A program made the position numbers and the translations under genes. This document shows positions 10,817 to 21,927 of a stretch of DNA of 64,000 bases, one piece after another. Each line of letters opens with the position of its first letter. The stretch's first letter is position 1. Where the stretch lies: IMG/VR virus record IMGVR_UViG_3300024262_006558, positions 62,001-126,000 of that record; one strand, given 5' to 3'. Below the pieces are notes generated by a model. The model ran no database searches. It saw only the letters and a list, made by a program, of their open reading frames with translations, and was not told where the DNA came from.

Positions 10817-13498
10817 TTAAATTCCACCACCATCAATTATTACCCAAGATGAATTGCTTATTAAGTTTGCTCTAGCTGTATCTGCCGCCCCACCTAGAGT
10901 GTATGTAGAAGAGCCAAAATCAGCAGTGACACTAGATTGAACCGCTCCACCTTCCCATGCTATTAATAGAGCATCATAATCAGCTGTTGATATATTAGTG
11001 CCATTTAAGAAACCTGTCATATCGGTAACGCCTGAAATGTCCCATTCATCAAAATTAACACTAGTTAATGAAGTGCAATCTTTAAATGTATCCACTAACG
11101 TTGTATCTAAAATTAAATCTGGAATATCTGTTGCTGTTACTTCTAAGTTAGCGCATCCATTAAGATTAAGAGTGTATGGCTTATTAGTACCCCATTGTTT
11201 CACTTTTTTAATTTTCAACTTATCCCCCGTATCATCAAAATGAAAATGTGGTATATCTGTATTGTTTAACGACATCATTCTTATTTCATATGTACCAGCA
11301 GTACTATATTCGTGACTTAAATCAGGTGTTGTATTATGTCGCTCCGCTTCATCATCTCCCCAAAACACCTTAAAATTATTAGCACCTGCTCCTATATCTT
11401 GTGTAGGTAAAGTAAACGTTTCGTTACCACTTGTCGTTTCTACTTCAATGATAAACTCATTCCATATTTCAGATTCAGTTGTAACAGACCATCCAGCATT
11501 AGTCAAAGTTGTCACGGCAGATAACCCATCATAACCACCACTAGTGCCATCGGGTGCTGAATTGTTTGATATATTCAAACTTCCGCTTCCATAACTATGT
11601 GTAGTTTCCATACTAGCAATATCCACTAATATTTTATTTACTTGTGCTGTTGTAAAATAATTAGTAGTTAATTGTATATCTGTTCCTAAACAGTTTAATG
11701 CTGAAAAAGCATTTATATCTAAATCTGTAGTTAATCCATATAAATTTGTTAACCACAAATTTGTCCCTCTTGACCCTCTTGCTAAATAACCACCTGTTCT
11801 AAAAGGGATTTCTTTTACTCTATGAAAATGTTGCAATCTTAAATCTCTGTGATTTATAAATCCCGACATATCACATACTGTTCCATCATATTGATTTGTA
11901 AGAGCAAGGAAAGACGATGGTGGCGTAACATCACTACCACTAGGAGGAAATATAATATTAACGTCAGTGATGCTTAAATTTGATATATCTCTACAATCCA
12001 TCCAAGCTGAAGCAATCATGTCTTCTCTTGATAAATCAAGAGTACCTGTTAAGTTAGGCACAAATCTACAATTAAACTGAGTAATTCTACCAAACGTATT
12101 TGATGGAGTAAACATGTTAACGGTTGCTAAATTAACATTATTGCTTATAGTAAAGCTACCACCCAAAAAAATAGAGGTAGATAAATCTAATTCTGTGATA
12201 GTGCCATTATTTGTCAAATTTAATCCTCTAATTCTAGTCCCATCAAAATCGTATGATGAAACATTTAGATTTCCAAGTGATAATGATACACCATCAGTTC
12301 TTTGGTATGCTGAAAAATCTAAACTACCAGTGATACCACCGTTATTTGTTAAGTTCAATGTTGAAATATTACTTTCTTGCCCATTATCTACTGTAAAAGA
12401 TGTTAATCCAATATCATCTAATTGTAAATTGGCATCAACAAATGTAACACCTGTCAAATCCAATACTCCAATATTAGCACTAGAATTACTACCTATGTCT
12501 AACTCTGTATATGTTGTTGTTGCGTTTGGCGGCAAAGTTATAGATGTTAAATTTCCTGTTCCTTGCCCTTGAACTCGGAGTATCCCATTAAAATTTTTAA
12601 AACCAGATAAGTCTAAAGTGTTTATTGTATTGTTATATAATCTTACTTGTGTGATTTCATTAGTTATATTACTATTAAATGTTAATGTACTAATTTCACA
12701 ATGATTTAAAAAAATATTACCACCTAAATTATGCATTGCTGATAAATCAAATACTTTATCAGCAGTATTATCAACACCAGTACCTTCTGTAAAATCTATT
12801 TTAGTTATTATAGGAGCATCCAATTCTACGAATGTTGGAAATGTTATACCACTATGCACTGTTCTATCTATTGTTATAGAACCACCCAATCTTGACCATG
12901 TTGATAAATCTAATACCGCATCAGCATTGGTATTGTTATCTCTTAGATTTAATATCGTCACTGGTCTAGTCACATTTATTGGTAGAATTGGGTCATTAAC
13001 ACCAAATATGTTAGAAAAATTTATTATACCACCAAACATACCATTTACATTCAATGGTGTTAAATCCAACCTACCATCTATTGAATTTTCACCGCCATAT
13101 GTTACTATTCCATCTAAATCATTAATTTGTGCTAACGGTACTACAATCTCTGGTAATGTTATATTATCAGCACTCAAAAAAACAGAGCCTAATTGAATGT
13201 ACTCTAGATATTTATATTCGGATAAATCTAAAACACCAATAGTGTTGGTATCAGGAACAGTATATGTATTACCTCTTTTTTGTTGTATTATTAAAGTTTC
13301 TAGTTTGTTTGTAAATCCAATATCATCATCACTCTGCTTAACGCCATAATCAATAAAATATGTGTTATTACTATATGAGCCATCTGCGTATTTTATTAAA
13401 CCGAAATTACCACTACCATAACCAGATTCTTCATAATTTGGTCTAGGTATGACTAATCTTTTATACTTCGCTGATGCTAAAATTCCTCCAAATCCCAT
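10817..13498 (-). CDS. Leucine-rich-repeat protein with C-terminal PKD-like and BspA/DUF285-like region
   Basis: Repeated LDLS/LxLxNN motifs, VFWGD..HEYSTAGTYEI, and KQWG...FKDCTSL...WDISGVTDMTGF. Confidence 0.7.
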   Translation of the reverse strand: MGFGGILASAKYKRLVIPRPNYEESGYGSGNFGLIKYADGSYSNNTYFIDYGVKQSDDDIGFTNKLETLIIQQKRGNTYTVPDTNTIGVLDLSEYKYLEYIQLGSVFLSADNITLPEIVVPLAQINDLDGIVTYGGENSIDGRLDLTPLNVNGMFGGIINFSNIFGVNDPILPINVTRPVTILNLRDNNTNADAVLDLSTWSRLGGSITIDRTVHSGITFPTFVELDAPIITKIDFTEGTGVDNTADKVFDLSAMHNLGGNIFLNHCEISTLTFNSNITNEITQVRLYNNTINTLDLSGFKNFNGILRVQGQGTGNLTSITLPPNATTTYTELDIGSNSSANIGVLDLTGVTFVDANLQLDDIGLTSFTVDNGQESNISTLNLTNNGGITGSLDFSAYQRTDGVSLSLGNLNVSSYDFDGTRIRGLNLTNNGTITELDLSTSIFLGGSFTISNNVNLATVNMFTPSNTFGRITQFNCRFVPNLTGTLDLSREDMIASAWMDCRDISNLSITDVNIIFPPSGSDVTPPSSFLALTNQYDGTVCDMSGFINHRDLRLQHFHRVKEIPFRTGGYLARGSRGTNLWLTNLYGLTTDLDINAFSALNCLGTDIQLTTNYFTTAQVNKILVDIASMETTHSYGSGSLNISNNSAPDGTSGGYDGLSAVTTLTNAGWSVTTESEIWNEFIIEVETTSGNETFTLPTQDIGAGANNFKVFWGDDEAERHNTTPDLSHEYSTAGTYEIRMMSLNNTDIPHFHFDDTGDKLKIKKVKQWGTNKPYTLNLNGCANLEVTATDIPDLILDTTLVDTFKDCTSLTSVNFDEWDISGVTDMTGFLNGTNISTADYDALLIAWEGGAVQSSVTADFGSSTYTLGGAADTARANLISNSSWVIIDGGGI

Positions 13499-13515
13499 TT
13501 AATTAAATCTATTTT

Positions 13516-15882
13516 TTAGTTATAACCTATACCTGTATCAATACTAATATCAACACCATCATATTGGATGAATACTTTATTCGTATCATTCGCTATTGTG
13601 CTTAACGCTAATGGTGATTTAATACCATTATTGGCAACAATTGCAGTATTTGCAATGGTAACTTCGTGTCCACCTGTCCCATCTTGTTTAATGTTGGCTT
13701 GATATTCTCCACCATTTACATGGTTAGAAATTGTGATTGTGGTATCCGCTGTTATTGTTATGGTAATCTTTGGCTCCACCGAAACATCCCATGCATAAGT
13801 TACTCCAGTGTTTCCAACTGCTGTAAAGGCGGTTGGGCCGCCTCCAGACAAGTCTCTAATAATTGTTTCTACATCCGTAGATCCAGAATAAAATGTAGTT
13901 GCGCTTAATGATGTGAAAGATGACTCTCCACTAACCGTTATATTATCAACAGTTAACCCAGTTACGTTTATCGTTGGTAAATTTTCCGTCCCGCCAGTGA
14001 ATGTATTTACACCACTTTGAACTCTTGTGATATCAGCATTGTCACCAGTAGTATCTAAATCAACATACTCTTCAGGATTAAAGAACATCCTACCATCATA
14101 ATACCAACCAACCTGCTGAAGGAATCCACTAGAATACTGGTTGTCAGTTAACCCTCCAAGAACAGTTTGAGAAAGATAAATAGCTGTAGCGCTTGAGTAG
14201 CCCAAATCTATATCTAAAGTTGACCCAACCGTGCCTATATTGATAGTATTAGCGTCTACAACAGAGCTTACATAGTTTGTAACAAAGCTATCATTAATAT
14301 CAGCGCTAGAGTTAGCTATAGATTTTGTCCAAACGGATCCGCTTATACTCACCATATCACCTACTGATAATCCGTGACTAGCTTGAGTATAACTCAGGGA
14401 TTCTGTAGCAAATATATCAAGTAAATTCGTGCTTCCTGAATAAAAAGAGGTTGCTGAAACCGATCCTTGAGCATTAAAATTGATCCCATAAACAGTGTCC
14501 TCCGTTTCCCCAGTAATGCTTTGCCCCCCTAAAATAACAGATCTAAAAGCCGCTGGTGTTAACATGTTGCTTTGGCCGCCTAATATTGCAGACTCGCTAG
14601 ATATTACAGTTGATCCCGAAGAGTGAATAAATGATCTTGGTCCAATAGCTGAAGATTTAGACCCTCCCGCGTGAGTATTATTTCCTAGCGCTGTAGTATA
14701 CTCCCCTTCTGAATGAGAATTGGGCCCAGAAGCAGTAGTTGAATAACCTTCAGCATGAGACGCTATACCTATAGCTTTATTGCTTAGACCTTCAGAAAAG
14801 GAAGCGTTACCTGACGCTGTTGTGCCAGAACCTATCGCGAAAGAAAAGTCGCCAGTAGATAAATTGTTCCCACTTACAGAGAGTATAGCCCCGTTTATTG
14901 GATTTCCACTAAGTGGGGATGATGTTATATTCTCTTTTATTAAACCTATTGATGGTATGTTATTATCGTCAGTTGACCAGGTTACATTAGGTTCATCAGA
15001 TGCTCTATCAAAAAACTTTAAACCTCTACCTGTATAGCTTTCTCTTATCGTGGTTCCTGAGTTAGAGACTCCATCAGGGTAAATGTAAAACCCTTGATAT
15101 GTTGTGCTTGAAGAATATGTTTTTCTGTGTATTATTCCAATTCTTGTTGCAGAAACACCTGTAACTTCACCTCTAAGAGCAATTTCAGATCTAGTGATAG
15201 AAGAATAGTGGTCTGGATATCCTGCATTAGCTCTAAATGAAATTTTCCCTGGACCTGTTTCATATGGGACCCCAAAATAATCACCTTTTCTATTTGACCC
15301 TTGACTCGTATCAAAACTAGAAGAGTCGCCTACTTTTGTTGGGAATGAATTAAAATATAATCCAGCATTTGTTTTTCCAACCGCATCAGATGATGATGTT
15401 GTAAAATCAATATAACCTCCAAACCCAGTAGTTCCAGACCCGATGTTATTAAAAAACATTCCATCATTAGTCTTAAACCCTCCTTGTTTTAATCTAGATG
15501 ATGAAGTACCTAGTGAAAGAATATTCGTGTCTCCACCATTTAAATTTCTACTAGATGTTAATGTGCCATCGCTGTTATATATATTTGTCTCCCCTCCAAA
15601 CAAATCAGACAGATCAGTCCCCCCAGAATATATAGTGGTTGCTGAAATTGAACCTGTTATATCCAGATCTCCTACAACTGTTCCCCCACTTAAATTTAGA
15701 TAAGATTTAGCTCCAATTTCAAAAATGTTACTTCCGTCATAGGAAAACAACTTTTGATCAGCCGTGTTCAAAGCAAGCTCGCCTTGCTTAATAAGATTAG
15801 ACTCGCTACCAGTAGTTCCAGATGGAACTCTACTAGGAATCGCGGTTTTCTTTACTATTAACCGTACGCTTCTATCTGACAT
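13516..15882 (-). CDS. Putative tail fibre with SHAEG repeats
   Basis: N-terminal GELALNTADQKLF fibre-attachment-like motif, SHAEG/SHSEG repeats and the shared module. ATG at 15882 preferred over the upstream TTG. Confidence 0.7.
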   Translation of the reverse strand: MSDRSVRLIVKKTAIPSRVPSGTTGSESNLIKQGELALNTADQKLFSYDGSNIFEIGAKSYLNLSGGTVVGDLDITGSISATTIYSGGTDLSDLFGGETNIYNSDGTLTSSRNLNGGDTNILSLGTSSSRLKQGGFKTNDGMFFNNIGSGTTGFGGYIDFTTSSSDAVGKTNAGLYFNSFPTKVGDSSSFDTSQGSNRKGDYFGVPYETGPGKISFRANAGYPDHYSSITRSEIALRGEVTGVSATRIGIIHRKTYSSSTTYQGFYIYPDGVSNSGTTIRESYTGRGLKFFDRASDEPNVTWSTDDNNIPSIGLIKENITSSPLSGNPINGAILSVSGNNLSTGDFSFAIGSGTTASGNASFSEGLSNKAIGIASHAEGYSTTASGPNSHSEGEYTTALGNNTHAGGSKSSAIGPRSFIHSSGSTVISSESAILGGQSNMLTPAAFRSVILGGQSITGETEDTVYGINFNAQGSVSATSFYSGSTNLLDIFATESLSYTQASHGLSVGDMVSISGSVWTKSIANSSADINDSFVTNYVSSVVDANTINIGTVGSTLDIDLGYSSATAIYLSQTVLGGLTDNQYSSGFLQQVGWYYDGRMFFNPEEYVDLDTTGDNADITRVQSGVNTFTGGTENLPTINVTGLTVDNITVSGESSFTSLSATTFYSGSTDVETIIRDLSGGGPTAFTAVGNTGVTYAWDVSVEPKITITITADTTITISNHVNGGEYQANIKQDGTGGHEVTIANTAIVANNGIKSPLALSTIANDTNKVFIQYDGVDISIDTGIGYN

Positions 15883-15960
15883 AACAACGAAATTATATAA
15901 CTTCAATTACCGCCCTTAAAGAGCGGTGAACTATAGAGTTCATAATATAAATAACAAAAA

Positions 15961-15991
15961 AAAAAGCCCTTTCTATATAGAAAGGGCTTTT
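15961..15991. terminator. Intrinsic (bidirectional) terminator
   Basis: aaaaagccctttct-atat-agaaagggctttt. Confidence 0.8.
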
Positions 15992-16010
15992 GGTTTCAAT
16001 TATTTTTTAG

Positions 16011-18254
16011 TTAGAAGGTTCCCCCATCTAAAACATCAAGCTCAGCTAAAAGCCTAACCCCGTTAGGTGACGAAATCGTCCCTGTCTCTCTTATTCTTAC
16101 ATCTTCCAAGTTCGTGGTAAACGCTCTATTGGAAATTCCAGTAGACGCCCCTCTTATGTCAAAGAATACATCTGTACCAGGAGTTCCTGAACCGTCTTGT
16201 ATTGACCAACCTGAACCTAAAGATGTAGATTCTGTAGAAGCTGTAGGGTTAAAATTTAATTCAATTTTATTGTCCTCAATATAAAGCTCTGAAGTAAATC
16301 CTGAAATAGCATCTCCAATTAAAAGAATATTACCATATACTGTTGCTGTTGTATCCGCTGTTGTAGCTGGATTACCAATAACAATGCTTGGAGTTTTCAA
16401 CTCGTTGTTAACAGCGTCATAAGTAAATCCTGCCTCACCTGTTAAAACTCCATCAGTCCCAGCATAAGCAACTTGCTGATCTGTAAAACCGCCAGTCTCA
16501 GTTAAAAAAATTGATGATAAATCCGTAGATCCAGAATAAAACGTGGTAGCCGAAACTGAACCTTGAGCATTGAAGTTGATTCCGTAAACCGTATCAGATT
16601 CAGTCCCTGTAATATTCTGGCCACCTAAAACAACCGATCTAGCCGCAGATGAGGTTAACTCATTATTATTACCGCCTAGTATCGCAGATTCAGCGCCTCC
16701 AGCAATTGAGCTTCTACCGTGAACAAAAGAATACTGAGTGTCCGCTGTGGTACCATATCCTCCAGCGTGAGACTGATCTCCCAAAGCTTGAGTGCTATAC
16801 CCTTCAGCATGTGACGCCACCCCTGACGCTGTAGTGTAACCTCCTTCAGCATGAGAGCTTTGACCATTTGCTGTTGTATTAAATCCTTCAGCATGAGAAG
16901 ATGCCCCTAACGCTTTAGAGTATTGACCTTCAGCATGAGCTTGGCTTCCCGCTGTAGTAGATAAACCTTCAGCGTGACCAAATGATCCAGTAACTAATGT
17001 ATATTGACCTTCAGCGTGAGATGCTAGTGTGGTTGCAGATGTCTTAAAACCTTGAGCGTTTGCAAATGAACTTGTTGCCTCAGTTCTATATCCAGTCGCT
17101 GTAGACCCTTGTCCTGATGCTATAGAATAAAATCCTGCCGCATGAGACTGATCTCCAGAAGCTATTGTGTGAAATCCTTCAGAGTGAGAACCGCTTCCTG
17201 ATGCTGTGGTATTTTCACCTTCAGCGTGAGACTGATCCCCTGAGGCTAACGTGTATTGACCTTCAGCGTGAGATGAAAATGTTGTAGCTGATGTTTTAAA
17301 TCCTTGAGCGTTCGAATAACTACCAGAGGCAACATTCTGTTTACCTCCATTGACTATTGAATAGGACCCTGATGAAATATTACTACCGCTAATAGTGCTT
17401 ATTGCTCCATTAATAGAGTTCCCGCTAAAAGGTGAGTTTATATCAGCAGCAGTTAAGAATAAATCTTCTAAATTAGTAGAACCAGAATAAATACTTCCAC
17501 CACTTAAATTTACAGCATAAACCCCATTTAATACCGTATCATTAGTTACGGTTAAATTATCTAAAGTTCCCCCAGATATATTTACAGTTGGACTATTATC
17601 TGTTCCTCCAGTATAGGTATTTAAACCATTTCCAACACGAGTTACATCTAATAATTCAGTCTCACTTGCAATAGTTCTTATTACTGAGTCAAGATCAGTA
17701 GAGCCAGAATAAATAGTTACACCACTTAAATTTGTTACATCAGCATTAGTTATTGTTGCTGTAGTAATAGTAGAAACTCCAGATACAGATAAATTATTTA
17801 CTGATGGACTATCTACTAAACTAACAATAGGAAGCGCAATAGTCCCCCCCGTTGCGATGTTTGATCCTGGTTGTACTTTTGTGGGATCTAAAGAATCCGC
17901 TATATTAGTTATATTAGCAAGAACAAATCCGTCAGTTGTTCCAGATAGAAACTTACCAGTAAGACCAGAGCCATTAACCCCTTCATATGTTGATATTGTG
18001 CCAGTGTCTCCAGATATGACGAATTTAGAATTTATCGATAATCTATTTGAGATAGATGAATTGAATAGTCTAGAACCCACTTCAAAGACACCGCTTTCAC
18101 TTGATGTTTCAAAAGATCCTCCAGTTACACCAGAGTACTTTAGTATACCATCGTATGCATTTACAAAACCTTCCCCAAAAAGTGCGTCTCCTGGTAACCC
18201 TCCGCCTGTAGTTAATTTTTTTCTTGTTAATATTGTTGCGCTTCTATTAGCCAT
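16011..18254 (-). CDS. Putative tail fibre/adhesin with long SHAEG beta-roll repeat
   Basis: Many tandem 14-aa ASGxxSHAEGxxTx repeats. C-terminal LDGGTF. Confidence 0.75.
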   Translation of the reverse strand: MANRSATILTRKKLTTGGGLPGDALFGEGFVNAYDGILKYSGVTGGSFETSSESGVFEVGSRLFNSSISNRLSINSKFVISGDTGTISTYEGVNGSGLTGKFLSGTTDGFVLANITNIADSLDPTKVQPGSNIATGGTIALPIVSLVDSPSVNNLSVSGVSTITTATITNADVTNLSGVTIYSGSTDLDSVIRTIASETELLDVTRVGNGLNTYTGGTDNSPTVNISGGTLDNLTVTNDTVLNGVYAVNLSGGSIYSGSTNLEDLFLTAADINSPFSGNSINGAISTISGSNISSGSYSIVNGGKQNVASGSYSNAQGFKTSATTFSSHAEGQYTLASGDQSHAEGENTTASGSGSHSEGFHTIASGDQSHAAGFYSIASGQGSTATGYRTEATSSFANAQGFKTSATTLASHAEGQYTLVTGSFGHAEGLSTTAGSQAHAEGQYSKALGASSHAEGFNTTANGQSSHAEGGYTTASGVASHAEGYSTQALGDQSHAGGYGTTADTQYSFVHGRSSIAGGAESAILGGNNNELTSSAARSVVLGGQNITGTESDTVYGINFNAQGSVSATTFYSGSTDLSSIFLTETGGFTDQQVAYAGTDGVLTGEAGFTYDAVNNELKTPSIVIGNPATTADTTATVYGNILLIGDAISGFTSELYIEDNKIELNFNPTASTESTSLGSGWSIQDGSGTPGTDVFFDIRGASTGISNRAFTTNLEDVRIRETGTISSPNGVRLLAELDVLDGGTF

Positions 18255-18290
18255 TTTTTCTATTTATTTGATTATAAATACTATTTTTTA

Positions 18291-18818
18291 TTAATAAAGA
18301 CCTCCGTCTAACGTGTCTCCAGATAGAAAAATATTATGCTCCGTCATTTCCCTTGTGCCTAATAATATTTTAGTGCTTGCTGTAAAATTGGTAGCTATAC
18401 CATTTTTAGTGTGCAAGTTCCTAAATCTCTTAAAGGCATTACCTATATCCACCGTATCATCTGCTATAGGATCAATACTATAACTAGCGTTTATCGTGCT
18501 TGAAGTTATAGTTGTTGATAATAAGGATGATGCCGTTGTAGATCCTGTAAAATTATAAGGACCTCCAGTGCCTCCAGATAATGCTAGGTATAAACCTAGA
18601 TCACTAGAAGTGCCTATAGATTCCCATGTAGGAACCGTCTTGTCCTTTAAAATATATAACTGCTTTTCAGTTTCAACAAAAACTTGAAGGCCATTAAATT
18701 CTCTACCTGAGCCAATTAAACTGTCTCTGGATGTAATACCAGTAGCGACATACCTATCTCCATCGATAGGGTCAGCTCCTGCTATTCTTACTCCAAAAGG
18801 TAAATTAAAAAATGCCAT
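18291..18818 (-). CDS. Virion appendage protein sharing its N-terminal domain with the next gene
   Basis: MAFFNLPFGVRIAGADPIDGDRY is identical to the N-terminus of 18833..20821. Confidence 0.7.
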   Translation of the reverse strand: MAFFNLPFGVRIAGADPIDGDRYVATGITSRDSLIGSGREFNGLQVFVETEKQLYILKDKTVPTWESIGTSSDLGLYLALSGGTGGPYNFTGSTTASSLLSTTITSSTINASYSIDPIADDTVDIGNAFKRFRNLHTKNGIATNFTASTKILLGTREMTEHNIFLSGDTLDGGLY

Positions 18819-18832
18819 TAAATTATATTATC

Positions 18833-20821
18833 TTAATTAATTGTTACGCTATAGTTAGCAGTAGATGGATACCCACCCCCTCCAATTGTTGTTGTATAAA
18901 CATCATATGAAACAGGGTTGCCTCCAGCATCATCAACATTAAATGTTGTAACTGAAAAAGATCCAGTCACATCAGCATTACTACTTTCCACATAAAGGAC
19001 TGTTGCCGTCTTCCCTGCAGGAACCGCAAAGAACACTAAAGGCTCACTTGCCGCAATTGTAATAGTAAACGAACCATTATTACTTCCATTTAAGAAAACT
19101 CTATCTGTACCAGTTCTTACCTCACTTGAGTTTGCTGGCAATATTCCAGTATCATAAAAGCCATAATACCTACCTGTTATAGTATTTGAGTTATCCGATA
19201 CGTTTCCAGCAACCCTACTACCATCTAAAGAAGTGTCTACACCACCTTTTGAATCGTAATAAAGTCCTGTTCCAATATCATGATTTACTAAAACGTTCCA
19301 AACATTAGACCCAAAGGCAACTTGTGAAGTTGTGAAACCTGTATCACTTGTTGTGATTGAAGTTGGGTTCGTTGAAGTGTCTACAACTGAAGTTGTTGAT
19401 ATACCTGGTCCAGTAAATGTAAATTTATTAGCAAGACCTACTAAATCTGGTCCAGAACTTCCATCACCATTCTCAATGTCACCCTGATTAAAAGTAGCAG
19501 TTAAAGTAGGGTCTAAAGTAGTACCCACCTCAACTGTAGACAATGAAGGTGTAAAAGATAAAATTACAGACTTAGCTACAGATATTGTAGAGAATACTGT
19601 AGGGAATAAGTAATTATCTATAAAATCTGAAAAAGTTTGCCCAGTAACATCACCAACAGTCAGGCCTCCTGGTATTGTCCAACCAGGTGAAGTAGTTGCT
19701 GGAGGTATAGATGAAGTGTATGTATCTTGATAGTTTATCCCTTTAAACAGCTCACTCATATTAGTGCCACCAGAATAGATGGTTGTAGCACTTAATATAT
19801 TAAGTTCAGTTGTTCCAGTGACTTCTAAATCATAAAAAGTACCACCAGTAATATTTACTGTTGGATTTAAGTCGGTACCTCCAGTATAAGTGTTTATACC
19901 ATCCTGTACACGAGTAACATCTAATTGCTCCGTTTCTGAAGCAATATTTCTAATTATAGTGTCAAGATCTGTAGATCCAGAATAAATAGTATCTCCAGAA
20001 ATGTTAGTAGCATAAAACCCTACATTTGAGTGCCAGTCTCCAGCATCATCAGAAAGTATGCTCGATGAACTGCCGTCAGTCTGTCCAGAAATTAATGTAA
20101 TACCTCCACCTACAGCGCTTATATGACTTCCGCTATAATTAAGATCAATGTTATTATCCTTAGTTTGAACAACTTCAGTGTTTAAAGTCGTGGCCGTACC
20201 TAATACTTCTAAATTTCCAGTGATGGAAACATTACCACTTATAGTTCCGCCAGATTTATCATATTTAGAAGAAACATCTAAATTACTTATAATATCTCCT
20301 AAATCTGTACTTCCTGAATAAAATGTAGTTGCGCTAATTGCTCCCTGAGCAAAAGCGTTTGGCATATAAACAGTATCTTCAGAAGTTCCAGTAATTCCAG
20401 TCCCTCCTAAAATTGTAGAGCCAGTAGCTGAATTAATCAGTAAACCTCCCTGCCCTCCTATTATAGAAGAGTAATTTCCATTTACTGTCCCACCTGTTCC
20501 TCCAGCTATAAAAGAGAAATCTCCAGAAGCAGTATTATCTCCCTCTACAGTGGAAATTGATCCGTTTACCGTATTAGCTGAGAAAGGGGATGTTGCCCCA
20601 GTCAAAGCTGAAGACCCTACTACATCCCAAGTACCTAGAGCCTTGTCTACTAATATGTATAATGTTTTATCAGATTCAACGAAAACTTGAAGTCCGTCAA
20701 ATTCTCTACCTGAACCAACTAAACTATCTCTTGTAGCTAAATCTACAGCTATATATCTATCTCCATCGATAGGGTCAGCTCCTGCTATTCTTACTCCAAA
20801 AGGTAAATTAAAAAACGCCAT
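18833..20821 (-). CDS. Mosaic virion appendage protein (662 aa)
   Basis: N-terminus shared with 18291..18818, middle with 1602..4493, C-terminus with 20851..21927. Confidence 0.7.
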   Translation of the reverse strand: MAFFNLPFGVRIAGADPIDGDRYIAVDLATRDSLVGSGREFDGLQVFVESDKTLYILVDKALGTWDVVGSSALTGATSPFSANTVNGSISTVEGDNTASGDFSFIAGGTGGTVNGNYSSIIGGQGGLLINSATGSTILGGTGITGTSEDTVYMPNAFAQGAISATTFYSGSTDLGDIISNLDVSSKYDKSGGTISGNVSITGNLEVLGTATTLNTEVVQTKDNNIDLNYSGSHISAVGGGITLISGQTDGSSSSILSDDAGDWHSNVGFYATNISGDTIYSGSTDLDTIIRNIASETEQLDVTRVQDGINTYTGGTDLNPTVNITGGTFYDLEVTGTTELNILSATTIYSGGTNMSELFKGINYQDTYTSSIPPATTSPGWTIPGGLTVGDVTGQTFSDFIDNYLFPTVFSTISVAKSVILSFTPSLSTVEVGTTLDPTLTATFNQGDIENGDGSSGPDLVGLANKFTFTGPGISTTSVVDTSTNPTSITTSDTGFTTSQVAFGSNVWNVLVNHDIGTGLYYDSKGGVDTSLDGSRVAGNVSDNSNTITGRYYGFYDTGILPANSSEVRTGTDRVFLNGSNNGSFTITIAASEPLVFFAVPAGKTATVLYVESSNADVTGSFSVTTFNVDDAGGNPVSYDVYTTTIGGGGYPSTANYSVTIN

Positions 20822-20850
20822 TTTATTTTTTTTATTTAAATTATTATTTA

Positions 20851-21927
20851 CTAAACTATTGTTACATTATAAGTTGCGTTAGACGGGTATCCCCCCCCTC
20901 CAATTGTTGTTGTATAAATATCATATGATACAGGATTGCCTCCAGCATCATCAACATTAAATGTTGTAACTGAAAAAGATCCAGTCACATCAGCATTACT
21001 ACTTTCCACATAAAGAACTGTTGCTGATTTACCCGCTGGAACTGCAAAAAACGCTAAAGGTTCATTTGCAGATATAGATATATTAAAACTACCAGCATTA
21101 CTTCCACTTAAAAAACTTTTACTAGACCCAACTCTTACTTCATTTGAATTTGTTGGTAATATCCCAGTATTATAAAAAGCATAATACCTTCCCGTTATAG
21201 TGTTTGAGTTGTCTGAAACATTTCCAGCAACTCTATTTCCATCTAAATTGCTGGCAATATTACCTTTTGAATCAAAATAAACACCCGTACCTATACTATG
21301 TATTATGTTTACACTCCAAATATTAGAACCAAATACAGCTTTAGATATTTCATAACCTGGGTTTGATGTATTTATATTTATAGGAGAAGACATTGAACTT
21401 ATCACAACAGAAGTCGCGATCCCTGGACCAGTAAAGGTGTAGGTATTTGGTAAACCCACTAAACTTGGCCCAGCAGATCCGTTCCCGTTCTGAATTTGCC
21501 CTTGATTAAATGATGCTGTTAAAGTTTCATTTAATGAAGTTCCAACCTCTACCGTATTTAATGTAGGAGTAGCTATTAGTTGTCCTGATTTATTTGAAGA
21601 TATACTTGCGTCCGTAGTAGGGAACACATAGTTATCTATAAAGTTTGAAAATGTTTGCCCTCTTATATCCTCTACAGTAGTTCCGACTGGAACATTGATT
21701 CCTGGAGAAGTGGTTCCGCTAAATAAATTGGTTTCATATATTGTAGCAGCAGTTAGGGTTGACGCTGTTGTTAAGAATATATTAGATATATCAGTATCTC
21801 CAGAGTAAATGGTGCCACCAGATAAAGTGCTGCCACTAATTCCATTAGTAAAGTTTGTCAAACCAGTTACGGTTCCACCTGACAAATCTAAAAAATTACC
21901 CGAAGGAAATATGTATCTACCAGCCAT
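20851..21927 (-). CDS. Virion appendage protein, paralogous to the C-terminal half of 18833..20821
   Basis: Near-identical ATVLYVESSNADVTGSFSVTTFNVDDAGGNPVSYD...GGGGYPS. Confidence 0.7.
   Translation of the reverse strand: MAGRYIFPSGNFLDLSGGTVTGLTNFTNGISGSTLSGGTIYSGDTDISNIFLTTASTLTAATIYETNLFSGTTSPGINVPVGTTVEDIRGQTFSNFIDNYVFPTTDASISSNKSGQLIATPTLNTVEVGTSLNETLTASFNQGQIQNGNGSAGPSLVGLPNTYTFTGPGIATSVVISSMSSPININTSNPGYEISKAVFGSNIWSVNIIHSIGTGVYFDSKGNIASNLDGNRVAGNVSDNSNTITGRYYAFYNTGILPTNSNEVRVGSSKSFLSGSNAGSFNISISANEPLAFFAVPAGKSATVLYVESSNADVTGSFSVTTFNVDDAGGNPVSYDIYTTTIGGGGYPSNATYNVTIV

Noticed and set aside
1049-18294. Numerous plus-strand ORFs (VPPV-rich) over the fibre genes
   Set aside because: Antisense shadows of the repetitive G/S/T-rich minus-strand genes.
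18833-21250. Diversity-generating retroelement TR/VR pair (duplicated 3' ends of two genes)
   Set aside because: Both copies are coding, differences are mostly synonymous and not adenine-specific, and no reverse transcriptase is in the window.
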